Shown here: positions 8,482 to 17,827 of the stretch, one piece after another
How the letters are laid out: each line of letters opens with the position of its first letter
Position numbering within the stretch: position 1 is the stretch's first letter
DNA from: Candidatus Enterousia sp.
GTDB lineage: Bacteria > Pseudomonadota > Alphaproteobacteria > Rs-D84
DNA length: 64,000 nucleotides
Direction of reading: 5' to 3'
NCBI GenBank assembly: GCA_045592905.1
Contig: JAZNVR010000023.1
Span: 12,986 to 76,985, forward strand
Translations under genes and position numbers: made by a program
Notes under the pieces: model-generated
Told to the model about the DNA's origin: nothing
Databases searched by the model: none
Seen by the model: the letters and a program-made list of their open reading frames with translations, nothing else

Positions 8482-9183
8482 TTATTCATATGGGCAACTG
8501 GTTGCGTTGACATAAGTGCCGGTGTCGTCGGTAAAACTGGTATTGGCTGGAATATAACAATCTGAAACAGTATTAGAAGAAATCTGCCGTGTATTAACGC
8601 TGTATTGTTGTTTTATACATCTACCGTCCTGGTCTGTTGTGCCGTTTGCATTAAGTATTATGCCGACACCTGTGCCAGCATAGTCTTTATAAGATGTTGT
8701 CATTTGGGCCGTTGGTGTCAGATTTTGTGTTGAACATAGTGTCCAAATTTTGGAGGTGTATACTGATATTTGTGTCGCTGGTACTGTTGCAACACTTTTC
8801 CCATTGTAATTTGGACATGCATAGCATCTGGCACCAGAAGCGGTACAAGATGTTAGTTTTGATTGGTTTGCAGATGTGTTGTCAACAGATGTGTCGCCTA
8901 TTATACAAGAGGCCAAATAACTTCCTGCGTTGCATAGTGTAATGTAACTGTCTGGTTGTGTATTCTGTAAGTATTCCCATATTTGATCTTTGGTGGTTAC
9001 TGCAGCTGTTGTTATTCCTGCATTGCTGCAGAGGGTTCTGCATGTTTCTTCGTTGGTGCTGGTTGATAATGTGTTAAAAGTTGATAGTCTGATTGTGACA
9101 GCACCATATACAGTGTTAATTTTATAACCAATAAAAACACTGCAACTGATTATACTGTATAAGATTTTGCTGATTGTTCTCAT
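8482..9183 (-). CDS. secreted Ser/Thr/Asn-rich, Cys-rich hypothetical protein
   Basis: The ATG at 9183 (GGGGA-N5) is preferred to the TTG at 9195. It has a signal-peptide-like N-terminus and many Cys and N-x-S/T triplets. It lies 5 nt upstream of the GT2 gene on the same strand. Confidence 0.65.
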   Translation of the reverse strand: MRTISKILYSIISCSVFIGYKINTVYGAVTIRLSTFNTLSTSTNEETCRTLCSNAGITTAAVTTKDQIWEYLQNTQPDSYITLCNAGSYLASCIIGDTSVDNTSANQSKLTSCTASGARCYACPNYNGKSVATVPATQISVYTSKIWTLCSTQNLTPTAQMTTSYKDYAGTGVGIILNANGTTDQDGRCIKQQYSVNTRQISSNTVSDCYIPANTSFTDDTGTYVNATSCPYE

Positions 9184-9314
9184 GCTATTCCCCAAATAAC
9201 CTCTGGTTATTGTATAGTTTTTTTATGTTAAAGTCAAATCGTTTGTTTAATTTCCTTGAAATCTGTCGGATTTGTCGCTAAAATCGGGCTGATTATAAAA
9301 TATAGGATGTAATT

Positions 9315-11714
9315 ATGGCAGACGATATCAAAAAAATTCATGAACGTGAAACAAAATGGCAAAAAAAATGGGCGGATGCACGTGTGTTTGTGCCAAAAAA
9401 CGATGGTTCTAAGCCAAAGTATTATAACTTGATTGAATTTCCATTCCCAAGCGGTTCTGGATTACATGTTGGACATATGTTGCCGTATACAGGTATGGAT
9501 GTTTTGGCCCGGTTTCAACGTATGCGTGGATTTGATGTGCTGTATCCAATTGGATATGATTCTATGGGAATATCGTCTGAAAATTATGCAACAAAAATTG
9601 GTAAACACCCCAGTGAATCTGTCGCAGAATTGATTAAAATTTTTGAACGTGATATTTCAATAATGGGGTTGTCTTTTAATCCTGAATCAAAATTATCTAC
9701 ATCTGATCCTGAATTTATTAAATGGACCCAGTGGATGTTTATTCAGTTTTACAAGGCAGGATTGGCGTATAAATCAGAATTACCAATGAATTGGTGCCCA
9801 AATTGTAAAACAAATTTGACCAATGAAGAACTGGAAGATGGCAAATGCGAACGTTGCCATGGGCCTGTTGAAAAGAAAATGAAATTACAGTGGAATCTGG
9901 CAATTACAAAATACGCAGACAGACTGATTGATGATTTGGCATTGGTGGATTATCCAGAACGTGTAAAAACAGAACAGATAAACTGGATTGGACGTTCGCA
10001 TGGTGCCGATGTTAATTTTATGGTTGGCGATGATGTTATGACAGTGTATACAACACGAATTGATACTATTTTTGGTGTAACGTTTTGTGTTTTAGCACCA
10101 GAACATGCGTTGGTTAAAAAATGGTTGAATGCTGGTAAAATTGAAAACGCAGATGCGGTAAATGAATATATTACTGCGGCACGTGCAAAATCTGAAATTG
10201 AACGTACAGATGTTACACGTGAAAAAACAGGCGTTCGTTTGAATGGTGTCATGGCAGTAAATCCATTTAATGGTCGTGAAATACCAATCTTTATTTCTGA
10301 TTATGTATTGGCCGATTATGGTTTCGGTGCAATTATGGCGGTGCCAGCACATGATGGTCGTGATTGGGATTTTGCCAAGAAATTTGGATTGGATATTATA
10401 CCTGTGTTGGCAGGTGGTGAAGAAAATCAAGTTTGGGAAGGTGATGGTGCACATATAAATTCGTCTTTCTTGGATGGAATGGGCAAAGAAGATGCAATTG
10501 CTGCTGCAATTAAGTATGGAACAGAACATGGGTTTGCACGTGGTACAACCAAATATAAATTGAAAGATTGGGGATTTTCGCGTCAGATGTATTGGGGCGA
10601 ACCAATTCCAATGATTCATTGTGAAAAGTGTGGCTGGGTGCCTGTACCAGAATCTGAACTGCCGTTGTTGCAACCATATATGTCAGACTATAAACCGACC
10701 GATGATGGTGAAGGTCCATTGGCACGTGCAACAGATTGGGTGAATACAACATGCCCACATTGTGGGGGTGCGGCAAAACGTGAAACAGATACAATGCCAC
10801 AATGGGCGGGTTCTTCGTGGTATTTCTTGCGTTATTTAGATTCCAAGAATAATAATGAATTTTGCTCACGCAGACAGATGGATAAATGGATGCCAATTGA
10901 CCACTATAATGGTGGTATGGAACATACAACACGTCATGTCCTGTATTCCAGATTCTGGTACAAGGTTTTACATGACCTGGGGGTTGTGCCAGGGGTTGAG
11001 CCATATAAAAAACGTACCAGTAACGGTCTGATTATGGCGGCAGATGGTACAAAAATGTCAAAATCACGTGGAAATACTGTGCCAAGTTCGGATGTCGTTA
11101 ATCGTAGTGGTGCAGATGCGTGTCGTATGGCAATCTTGTACTTAGGCCCATGGGAACAAAGTGCAAATTGGTCCGAAGATACACTTCGTGGTGTTGAACG
11201 TTTCTTAAAACGTGTAGAAAATTTGGCAGATAATCTGACAGACGAACCAATGACTGCAGACCAAGAACGTTTACAGCATAAACTGATTGCTGATGCGACA
11301 GAACGTTTGACAGAAATGAAGTTTAATACAACGATTTCAGCAATGATGGAATATATTAATGCGTTTGGCGGTAAAATGCCCCGCCCTGCGTATGAAACAC
11401 TGTTACAGGTTTTGAATCCTTTTGCACCGCATTTAACCGAAGAAATGTGGGAAAAATTAGGACATGATGATATGCTGGTGTTTGAACCATGGCCAACGTT
11501 TGATGCAACAAAGTTGGTTGAAACACAAATGACAATTGTTGTATCTATCAATGGTAAACGTGCAACGGATTTTGTTGTCGCTGCTGATGCAGATGAAAGT
11601 GTGATTGTTGATGCAGCAAAAAATGCTGCTGGTGCAAAGTTATGTGATTGCGAAATCATCAAGACGATTGTTGTTCCAAAAAAGTTAGTGAACTTTGTGG
11701 TTAAAAAGGCATAA
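9315..11714 (+). CDS. leuS: leucyl-tRNA synthetase
   Basis: FPFPSGSGLHVGH (HIGH), KMSKS, a CP1 editing region and zinc-type CxxC pairs. The 799 aa are collinear with bacterial LeuRS. Confidence 0.95.
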   Translation: MADDIKKIHERETKWQKKWADARVFVPKNDGSKPKYYNLIEFPFPSGSGLHVGHMLPYTGMDVLARFQRMRGFDVLYPIGYDSMGISSENYATKIGKHPSESVAELIKIFERDISIMGLSFNPESKLSTSDPEFIKWTQWMFIQFYKAGLAYKSELPMNWCPNCKTNLTNEELEDGKCERCHGPVEKKMKLQWNLAITKYADRLIDDLALVDYPERVKTEQINWIGRSHGADVNFMVGDDVMTVYTTRIDTIFGVTFCVLAPEHALVKKWLNAGKIENADAVNEYITAARAKSEIERTDVTREKTGVRLNGVMAVNPFNGREIPIFISDYVLADYGFGAIMAVPAHDGRDWDFAKKFGLDIIPVLAGGEENQVWEGDGAHINSSFLDGMGKEDAIAAAIKYGTEHGFARGTTKYKLKDWGFSRQMYWGEPIPMIHCEKCGWVPVPESELPLLQPYMSDYKPTDDGEGPLARATDWVNTTCPHCGGAAKRETDTMPQWAGSSWYFLRYLDSKNNNEFCSRRQMDKWMPIDHYNGGMEHTTRHVLYSRFWYKVLHDLGVVPGVEPYKKRTSNGLIMAADGTKMSKSRGNTVPSSDVVNRSGADACRMAILYLGPWEQSANWSEDTLRGVERFLKRVENLADNLTDEPMTADQERLQHKLIADATERLTEMKFNTTISAMMEYINAFGGKMPRPAYETLLQVLNPFAPHLTEEMWEKLGHDDMLVFEPWPTFDATKLVETQMTIVVSINGKRATDFVVAADADESVIVDAAKNAAGAKLCDCEIIKTIVVPKKLVNFVVKKA

Positions 11715-11717
11715 AAC

Positions 11718-12545
11718 GTGACCGAAAATTATAATGTGGGTTTGGGATGGTTGGATGGATTCTTTGCAAATCGTCTGAAAAGACGTGGACCAGTTGAGTT
11801 CTACTGGATGAAAAAAGGACAATCCCGCTTGTTTCGCATGGTGGTTGAATATAAGTGGAATAATTCCCCAGATGTAAAATTGGCACGAAAACTAAATCGT
11901 ATTTTGCGTTGGGTAAAATTTATTGATGCATCGCAATATAAACAGTTCAGAAAACAAGTCTTGTATGATATCAAGCAAGGTGCACATGGGGATATGAATG
12001 CATATAATGCGTATGTTAAAATGATTGATAATCCGAAAATTGGTAAAAATTACGATGATTTTGTATGTGAAATATTAGCAGACAGTCCAAAGACAGATAG
12101 TGTTATTTGTAAATTTGTTGAACGTGATTTAGAATTGCAAAAATTTAATCTGGATTATCGTTCTGATTATATTGTTAATGATTCTAAAAAGATAGATATT
12201 TGGATTAGCAAAGCAATATTTTTATATACGTTTTTGCGTTGTGATGCAAACTTGATGTGGAAGTGTATACGTATCGGCATGCGGTTGCAAGGTGATATCG
12301 CAAGATTAAATGTGGCAAAATTTTTGTGGGGTGATTTTCCGCATATTATAAATACGTACCAGACACGATTAGATGCACAACAAGAATTATATAATACAGC
12401 AACAGAGTTGTATCAAAAAACAGTTGATGATACTAGAAAGGCATATAAGAAAGCCGAAAAAAATATTGAAAAAAAATATGCAGGTATTGCACAATATAAA
12501 GAATTAATACGTACAGGACAGTTGTCAAAGTTTGTAAAAAGATAA
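11718..12545 (+). CDS. hypothetical protein (GTG start), in the position often held by lptE but without a signal peptide
   Basis: 275-aa ORF starting 3 nt after leuS. Composition is natural and the C-terminus is coiled-coil. No family recognised. Confidence 0.6.
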   Translation: MTENYNVGLGWLDGFFANRLKRRGPVEFYWMKKGQSRLFRMVVEYKWNNSPDVKLARKLNRILRWVKFIDASQYKQFRKQVLYDIKQGAHGDMNAYNAYVKMIDNPKIGKNYDDFVCEILADSPKTDSVICKFVERDLELQKFNLDYRSDYIVNDSKKIDIWISKAIFLYTFLRCDANLMWKCIRIGMRLQGDIARLNVAKFLWGDFPHIINTYQTRLDAQQELYNTATELYQKTVDDTRKAYKKAEKNIEKKYAGIAQYKELIRTGQLSKFVKR

Positions 12546-12575
12546 AAAAAATCCCCAAATTGGGGATTCTTTTTA
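12545..12575. terminator. bidirectional intrinsic terminator (AUCCCC...GGGGAU family)
   Basis: AAAAAAAATCCCCAAATTGGGGATTCTTTTT lies between convergent genes. Confidence 0.75.
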
Positions 12576-13454
12576 AATGCTGTCAGCGTTTACCCAACGG
12601 CCATCTTTTAATAAGCCTGGGGCCATGCCTTCGTTAGAACGCAGTGCATCAATTACAGCACGTGCCTTGGTTGCGTCCAGATTGATAATGCGTACCTTGA
12701 ACATATCGCCTTCGTTAACAACGGCCGTTTCACCATATGTTTTCATACGAATTGCCAATGCGTCTGCACTGTCCTGGGCGTAAAATGCAGCCAACTGAAT
12801 GCTGTATGGGCCGGTTGCTGTCGGTGCAGAAACAGTTGTTGTTTCTGCTGGTGTTGCGGCAACAGTTGTTGTTTGTTGTGCAACTGTTGTCCCCAGGGTT
12901 GCATTTTTAACAGCAGTTGATTGTTCTGGCATTACTTGGATTTGTACTTTTGCCTGGCCGGTTAGACCGATTTTTTGGGCTGCTGCAGCCGATAAATCCA
13001 TTAAACGAGTATTAACAAATGGACCACGATTGTTTACACGTACAATAACAGATTGACCGTTTTCTAGATTTGTTACACGTGCAATTGTTGGTAATGGTAA
13101 TGTTTTGCTGGTCGCTAACATTTGATTGCTGTCAAATGTTTCACCGTTGCTGGTTTTTGCACCGTTCAAATCAACAGGAATAATTCCAGCAATACCGGTT
13201 TGATTGTATGTCATATCTTCAACAGGGATGTATTGGACATCGTCAACCTTGTATGCAGAACCAACATAATATTTTGGTGCGGCCGCCATTAAGTATGTGT
13301 CTGTTAATGCGTCTGTCTGTGCAACGGGTGCCGTTGCAACCAATGGTTCTTCGCCAAAACCATCTGTGCCATAATTAGCACTGCCTGTTGTGCTAAGATC
13401 TGCACAGCCAGCTAATATTGCGGTCAATGCCGTCAAAGAGATTAATTTTTTCAT
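12573..13454 (-). CDS. rlpA: septal ring lytic transglycosylase RlpA-family lipoprotein with C-terminal SPOR domain
   Basis: Lipobox LAGC. DPBB core TSNGETFD...ATSKTLPLPT.ARVTNLENGQSVIVRVNNRGPFV..R.MDLS. SPOR-like YSIQLAAF... Confidence 0.85.
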   Translation of the reverse strand: MKKLISLTALTAILAGCADLSTTGSANYGTDGFGEEPLVATAPVAQTDALTDTYLMAAAPKYYVGSAYKVDDVQYIPVEDMTYNQTGIAGIIPVDLNGAKTSNGETFDSNQMLATSKTLPLPTIARVTNLENGQSVIVRVNNRGPFVNTRLMDLSAAAAQKIGLTGQAKVQIQVMPEQSTAVKNATLGTTVAQQTTTVAATPAETTTVSAPTATGPYSIQLAAFYAQDSADALAIRMKTYGETAVVNEGDMFKVRIINLDATKARAVIDALRSNEGMAPGLLKDGRWVNADSI

Positions 13455-13532
13455 AATATATGACTCCTTCCATTACATTTATGATTTTATTTTATCATAA
13501 AAAAGCACCGCATTCAAATTTATTTTTATAGA

Positions 13533-14993
13533 TTAAATTTTACGGTCAATTAGGTATGCAATTGGCAGGTATATTATAGCGTATCCAGTAATCGCCAGTC
13601 CCAGTGTCCAGATGCTGGAAATAGAAATTGTTGACAGTATTAACCCCAGTATTGATGCCCATAAACCAAACGCAATGATTGCACGAATTGTACGTCCGTC
13701 ATGTTTGATTAGTTCACGCTTGCGACATGCACGTCCCAACAAATAATTTTTTAGATATCCACTGATAACAATTCCAATTGGTATTGCCAAATATCCAACC
13801 ATTGGGAACAATGCTAAATATAATACTGCGGCAACGCTTAATGAAATCATACTGGTTTTTACAGGCGTTTTTACATCCTGGGATGCGTACAATGTTTTGT
13901 TATATATTTGACTGACCAACATTGCAGGTAATACAAATACCTGAATCATAATTGCCAATGCAACGGCATGTGTTGATTCTGGGGTCCATGCACCGTATTC
14001 AAACAGGTATTTAATAATTGGTTCTGCCAGTACAAATAATCCAACCACACATGGCAGTATCAGCATCATTGAACGACGTAATGAAGAATTTTGCTGGATA
14101 TAAACACTGCGAATATTGTTATTTGTCAGTGCGTTTGATATTGATGACATCAGTACTGTTCCAACCGCCAGACCAATCATTGCAAATGGCAATTGTACAA
14201 TTCTGTCAGAATAATACAACCATGATACAGCACCGCTTTGGAAACTGGCGACCAGTGTACCGATAATAATTGTTATCTGATAAAATCCATTGCCAACAAT
14301 ACTGACCCCCAGACGTTGAAACATTGATTTAATTTTGTTGTTCCAGTGTGGTCGTATTAAATATAGGCCGAAATGGTTTTTGCGTATGCGGGACCACAAA
14401 ACACCAAACTGAATAATTCCAGATAGTACAACGGTGCCTGCCATTAAATATAATATATGTGTGCTGCCAAATATCATGGCAAACAACAGTGTGCATATCA
14501 GCATTATGTTTAACAGTACAGGCATAAAAGCCGCCAATAAAAATTTGGAAAACGCATTCAGAATTGCTGATAAAAATGCCGCCCCACATATAAAGATGAC
14601 GTAAACAAACATTATACGTGATATAACAATTGTCATTTCCATTTTGCCAGGCGTGGCATCAAACCCAGGTGCCAAGAACCATACAACCAATGGCATAAAT
14701 ATCTCAAATAATATCGTTATTCCCAATAATATCAGCATTAGCCATGAAAATACATTGCGTGCGAATGATTCGTCTTTTTTGGAATCTGTATACATGGGAA
14801 TAAATATCGCAGACAGTGCCCCTTCGCCCAGCAAATCACGAAACAGGTTTGGTAACTTGAATGCCGCCAAGAATATGTCAGACAAACGCCCTGCACCCAG
14901 AACACGTGCAATTAACATGTCACGAATGAATCCGAAAATACGACTGATGCCCGTCATGGCACCAACACCGAAAATATGTTTGCCAAGTTTCAT
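13533..14993 (-). CDS. murJ: lipid II flippase MurJ (MviN)
   Basis: SRIFGFIRDMLIARVLGAG..SDIFLAAFKLPNLFRDLLGEGALSAIFIPMY, plus a polytopic MOP-family profile. Confidence 0.9.
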   Translation of the reverse strand: MKLGKHIFGVGAMTGISRIFGFIRDMLIARVLGAGRLSDIFLAAFKLPNLFRDLLGEGALSAIFIPMYTDSKKDESFARNVFSWLMLILLGITILFEIFMPLVVWFLAPGFDATPGKMEMTIVISRIMFVYVIFICGAAFLSAILNAFSKFLLAAFMPVLLNIMLICTLLFAMIFGSTHILYLMAGTVVLSGIIQFGVLWSRIRKNHFGLYLIRPHWNNKIKSMFQRLGVSIVGNGFYQITIIIGTLVASFQSGAVSWLYYSDRIVQLPFAMIGLAVGTVLMSSISNALTNNNIRSVYIQQNSSLRRSMMLILPCVVGLFVLAEPIIKYLFEYGAWTPESTHAVALAIMIQVFVLPAMLVSQIYNKTLYASQDVKTPVKTSMISLSVAAVLYLALFPMVGYLAIPIGIVISGYLKNYLLGRACRKRELIKHDGRTIRAIIAFGLWASILGLILSTISISSIWTLGLAITGYAIIYLPIAYLIDRKI

Positions 14994-15045
14994 AGTTTAG
15001 ATTATACTGCGTTAGACAAGCGAAAATCAAGACAGGAATTAAATT

Positions 15046-15768
15046 ATGAAAAAATTAGTAGTTTTATTGATTATTGGTGCTGTATTGACAGGATGTGCCG
15101 GTACAGATAATGAAATTGTGGCTGATTTACCAGTGGCTGATATTTACAAAAATGCATATGCAGAATTAAATGATGAAAATTATGAACAGGCAGCAATTGA
15201 ATTCTTAAAGGCAGAAACGCAATATCCTGCCAGTCCATGGGCGGCAGATGCGCTGGTTATGGCGGCATATGCACAATATCTGGATAATGATTTTGCTGGT
15301 GCAATATTAACAATGGACAGATTTATGCGTTTTCACCCCGGACACGCTGATGTTCCGTATATAATGTATTTACGTGGTATGTGCTATTACCGCCAGGTCA
15401 GTGATGTGCGTCGTGAACCGGGTATGTCTGCGTATGCGTTACAACAGTTTCAGACATTGGTAAAGCGTTTCCCACGCAGTCCATATGCAGAAAATGCCAA
15501 GAATAAAATTATTATCTTGAAAAACTATATTGCAGGTAAAGTTATGTATTCTGCACGTAATGATATGCAAAAAGAAAACTGGACCAGTGCGATTGCTCGT
15601 TTGCAGTCTGTTGTAACGGATGCCCAGGAAACAGTTATGACTGCCGAAGCGATGTATCGTCTGACGGAATGTTATAACGCAATTGGATTGCCAGAACAGG
15701 CAGATGGATATGCCGAAATGTTAAAGTTAAATTTTCCAGACAATGAATGGACAAAAAAGTTGAAATAG
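15046..15768 (+). CDS. bamD: outer membrane protein assembly factor BamD (TPR lipoprotein)
   Basis: Lipobox LTGC, then the YfiO/BamD-like TPR pattern (YEQAAIEF...YPASPWA..A....AYAQY...). Confidence 0.85.
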   Translation: MKKLVVLLIIGAVLTGCAGTDNEIVADLPVADIYKNAYAELNDENYEQAAIEFLKAETQYPASPWAADALVMAAYAQYLDNDFAGAILTMDRFMRFHPGHADVPYIMYLRGMCYYRQVSDVRREPGMSAYALQQFQTLVKRFPRSPYAENAKNKIIILKNYIAGKVMYSARNDMQKENWTSAIARLQSVVTDAQETVMTAEAMYRLTECYNAIGLPEQADGYAEMLKLNFPDNEWTKKLK

Positions 15769-15777
15769 ATGCTCACT

Positions 15778-15798
15778 CCCCCATTTGGGGGCTTTTTT
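15778..15798 (+). terminator. intrinsic terminator after bamD
   Basis: CCCCC-AUUU-GGGGG, then CUUUUUU. Confidence 0.7.
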
Positions 15799-15802
15799 AT
15801 TA

Positions 15803-15830
15803 TTGAAAAAGATGTAATTTTTGATAGAAT
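15803..15830 (+). promoter_or_regulatory. sigma70-type promoter for RNA leader copy 1
   Basis: TTGAAA, a 16-nt spacer, then TGaTAGAAT (extended -10). Confidence 0.55.
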
Positions 15831-15836
15831 ATAATT

Positions 15837-16048
15837 TGAACTGACAGGGATGTCGGTTCGGGCCTTAGAAAAGCCCAACAGTTTCGGTGCGAATGCATCG
15901 TAATCCGATTAAAATCGGTGTCTTTGCACCGTTATTTTTACCCCCGATAATGGTCGGGGTGCCGTTGTAATATATTGAACGCAACGGGGTCACTAAACTG
16001 TTGATTTTTCTAACACCCCGACCGTCATTTCTGTGGCGGTTTTTGTTT
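15837..16048 (+). promoter_or_regulatory. structured RNA leader, copy 1 of a two-copy unclassified motif ending in an intrinsic terminator
   Basis: It shares sequence blocks and four compensated helices with 30570-30818. The terminator is ACCGUCA/UGGCGGU plus a U-run at 16021-16048. Confidence 0.6.
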
Positions 16049-16121
16049 AGGGGTAATATTTGTTTTCAACCACCACCTTAAAGTATGAAAATGTGTTACC
16101 CCACCAATTTGTGGGGGGTAT

Positions 16122-16991
16122 ATGAGAAAGATAATTTGTCTGTGTCTGATGATATTATGTGTTTCTGCACATGCACGTGTGTTGCATGTGGGTGATAATA
16201 CAATAAAACTGTCACAAACAAAAACAACAGACCCCGCCCTGCACGTGCGGGTTGATAATGAAGTATGGTATGGGATGATGTGCACGAATTTCAAGCAAGA
16301 TTCATTACACATAAAATATAATGACACGGTATACGATGTTACCAACCCCTTTGCCGACACAACAAACTATACATATGACACAGACGGCCGATTAATTGGT
16401 GCAAATGAAAATATTTATTTGGAAAACATTGATAAAGCATGGATAGATACTGGAATTTTGCCATCTTTGAATTTATTAACACATATCAGTGTTTATGCAT
16501 TAAACTATACAGGAAACGTCATTTATGGCACAGGAGGGCCAAAAGATGCCTCCGTCATGGACGTTGAAACATACCGTTTATTTAACTACAACGGCCAAAT
16601 ATATTTTGATATAAATGGAATAACTAATAGACTTGTTGGAGAATCTTTAAGTTTTGATAAAAATATTAAATATAATTTTGAACTTGGTAATCGTTATGTC
16701 AAAGATTTAAATTCTGGTTATATCATAGAAAGAACACCGCTAAAAACACTAACATTTATTCCAAACGATTCTCATAAGCTACGTTTGTTTGATAGATATA
16801 TTGGAATAATTAGAATATTTTACACAAAAATCTGGGATAATGATACGCTTGTTCGGCATTTTGTGCCGGTGCCGTGTGGGTTAAAAATTGGGGATTTTGT
16901 TGTGCCAAGTAACGGTATGTGGGATATTGTGGAACAAAAATTCTATGGCAATATGGGAACTGGCGATTTTATTTATGGCGTGGATGAGTAG
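16122..16991 (+). CDS. secreted hypothetical protein (possible lectin/tail-fibre-like C-terminus)
   Basis: Signal peptide MRKIICLCLMILCVSAHA. From memory, the C-terminal LVRHFVPVPCG...GMWDIVEQKFYGNMGTGDF resembles a motif of an uncharacterised family common in gut bacteria and phages. This is unverified. Confidence 0.7.
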   Translation: MRKIICLCLMILCVSAHARVLHVGDNTIKLSQTKTTDPALHVRVDNEVWYGMMCTNFKQDSLHIKYNDTVYDVTNPFADTTNYTYDTDGRLIGANENIYLENIDKAWIDTGILPSLNLLTHISVYALNYTGNVIYGTGGPKDASVMDVETYRLFNYNGQIYFDINGITNRLVGESLSFDKNIKYNFELGNRYVKDLNSGYIIERTPLKTLTFIPNDSHKLRLFDRYIGIIRIFYTKIWDNDTLVRHFVPVPCGLKIGDFVVPSNGMWDIVEQKFYGNMGTGDFIYGVDE

Positions 16992-16995
16992 ATGT

Positions 16996-17023
16996 AAAAA
17001 AATCCCCCAAACGGGGGATTTTT
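16996..17023. terminator. bidirectional intrinsic terminator (AUCCCCC...GGGGGAU family)
   Basis: AAAAAAATCCCCCAAACGGGGGATTTTT lies between convergent genes. Confidence 0.8.
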
Positions 17024-17468
17024 AAGAGATTTTTTGGATGCGTCTGATGCGACGTTCTGATGCATCAAATGGCGATTCCAAAAATGTTTGAACGCACATA
17101 AATGCAACTTCTATGTCAATGTCGTCTGCAGCCAATGCCAGAACATTTGTGTCGTCATGATATCTGTCATCACGTGCCTGGTTTGGTGTGTTACAACGTG
17201 ATGCACGAATATGTTTGTATCTGTTCGCAGCAATCATTACACCGGCACCTGTGCCACAGATTATTATGCCACGTGATTCTGATTCGTCCAGCATTGCATC
17301 TGCCAATGTTGCTGCAACATCAGGATAATCAACAGATGTGTTTGGATCATCAACACCCAAATTTACAGTGTTATATCCAGCCGCAGCCAACATTTCAATC
17401 AAGTATAATTTCAAGCCAACACCACGATGGTCAGCAGCAACAAAAACACGTGATACATTTTTATTCAT
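17022..17468 (-). CDS. rpiB: ribose 5-phosphate isomerase B (RpiB/LacA/LacB family)
   Basis: VAADHRG..LK......L...GY...NLG........DYPD.A......RGIIICGTGAG..IAANR is the RpiB pattern. Confidence 0.85.
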   Translation of the reverse strand: MNKNVSRVFVAADHRGVGLKLYLIEMLAAAGYNTVNLGVDDPNTSVDYPDVAATLADAMLDESESRGIIICGTGAGVMIAANRYKHIRASRCNTPNQARDDRYHDDTNVLALAADDIDIEVAFMCVQTFLESPFDASERRIRRIQKIS

Positions 17469-17826
17469 CTTTCTTTCCTTTGTCTTCTTCTTTGCGTCGT
17501 GATAATTTACAGTCCAGGCCAGTGTTACCTGTGATGTTTAATGTTTTGTACGCCAGTGTACCTGTCATTTTGGCGGCGTTAAATACATTTGCCGTATTTA
17601 CAGTTGCAGAACCATCCAATGCACCATGTAAAAATAATACAGGTGTATTTACATCGCCAATAACAATGCCACCACGTCCGATAACGACTGTTTCGGCTGT
17701 GATGTTGCCAATGACTTCGCCATGAATTTGGACATTGTGGTCTGTTTTGATGTCGCCTGTCAGTTTGCACCCTGCCCCGATTACGGTTGGCGATTGTTTT
17801 TCTGATGCGTTTGTAAAAGCCAGCAT
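17461..17826 (-). CDS. bactofilin
   Basis: The beta-helical repeats VIGAGCKLTGDIKTDHNVQIHGEVIGNITAETVVIGRGGIVIGDV are typical of bactofilin (DUF583). The ATG at 17826 lies 1 nt after the M23 gene stop. Confidence 0.8.
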   Translation of the reverse strand: MLAFTNASEKQSPTVIGAGCKLTGDIKTDHNVQIHGEVIGNITAETVVIGRGGIVIGDVNTPVLFLHGALDGSATVNTANVFNAAKMTGTLAYKTLNITGNTGLDCKLSRRKEEDKGKKDE

Positions 17827-17827
17827 T

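Noticed and set aside
9950-11662. Several antisense or out-of-frame ORFs inside leuS (e.g. 10092-10673, 10510-11004, 10934-11662)
   Set aside because: They are shadow ORFs of a strongly supported 799-aa LeuRS. They have Cys/His/Phe-rich or low-complexity translations and no RBS.
15837-16048. Known riboswitch class: TPP because of GGGGUGCC, T-box because of GGGUG-like boxes, or GEMM because of ACAGGGA
   Set aside because: It lacks the CUGAGA and ACCUGAUCUGGAUAAUGCCAGCG elements of TPP. It lacks the specifier/T-box 14-mer. It lacks the GEMM tetraloop-receptor layout. The resemblance is limited to a few nucleotides.
16085-16190. 34-codon Cys-rich out-of-frame ORF (MKMCYPTNLWGVYEKDNLSVSDDIMCFCTCTCVACG) overlapping the 16122 start
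   Set aside because: It has no RBS and lies out of frame over a well-supported signal-peptide CDS. It has no counterpart at the second leader copy.
17102-17725. 207-aa plus-strand ORF
   Set aside because: It is antisense to rpiB and bactofilin, both of which have clear family motifs. Its composition is His/Gln/Cys/Pro-rich junk.
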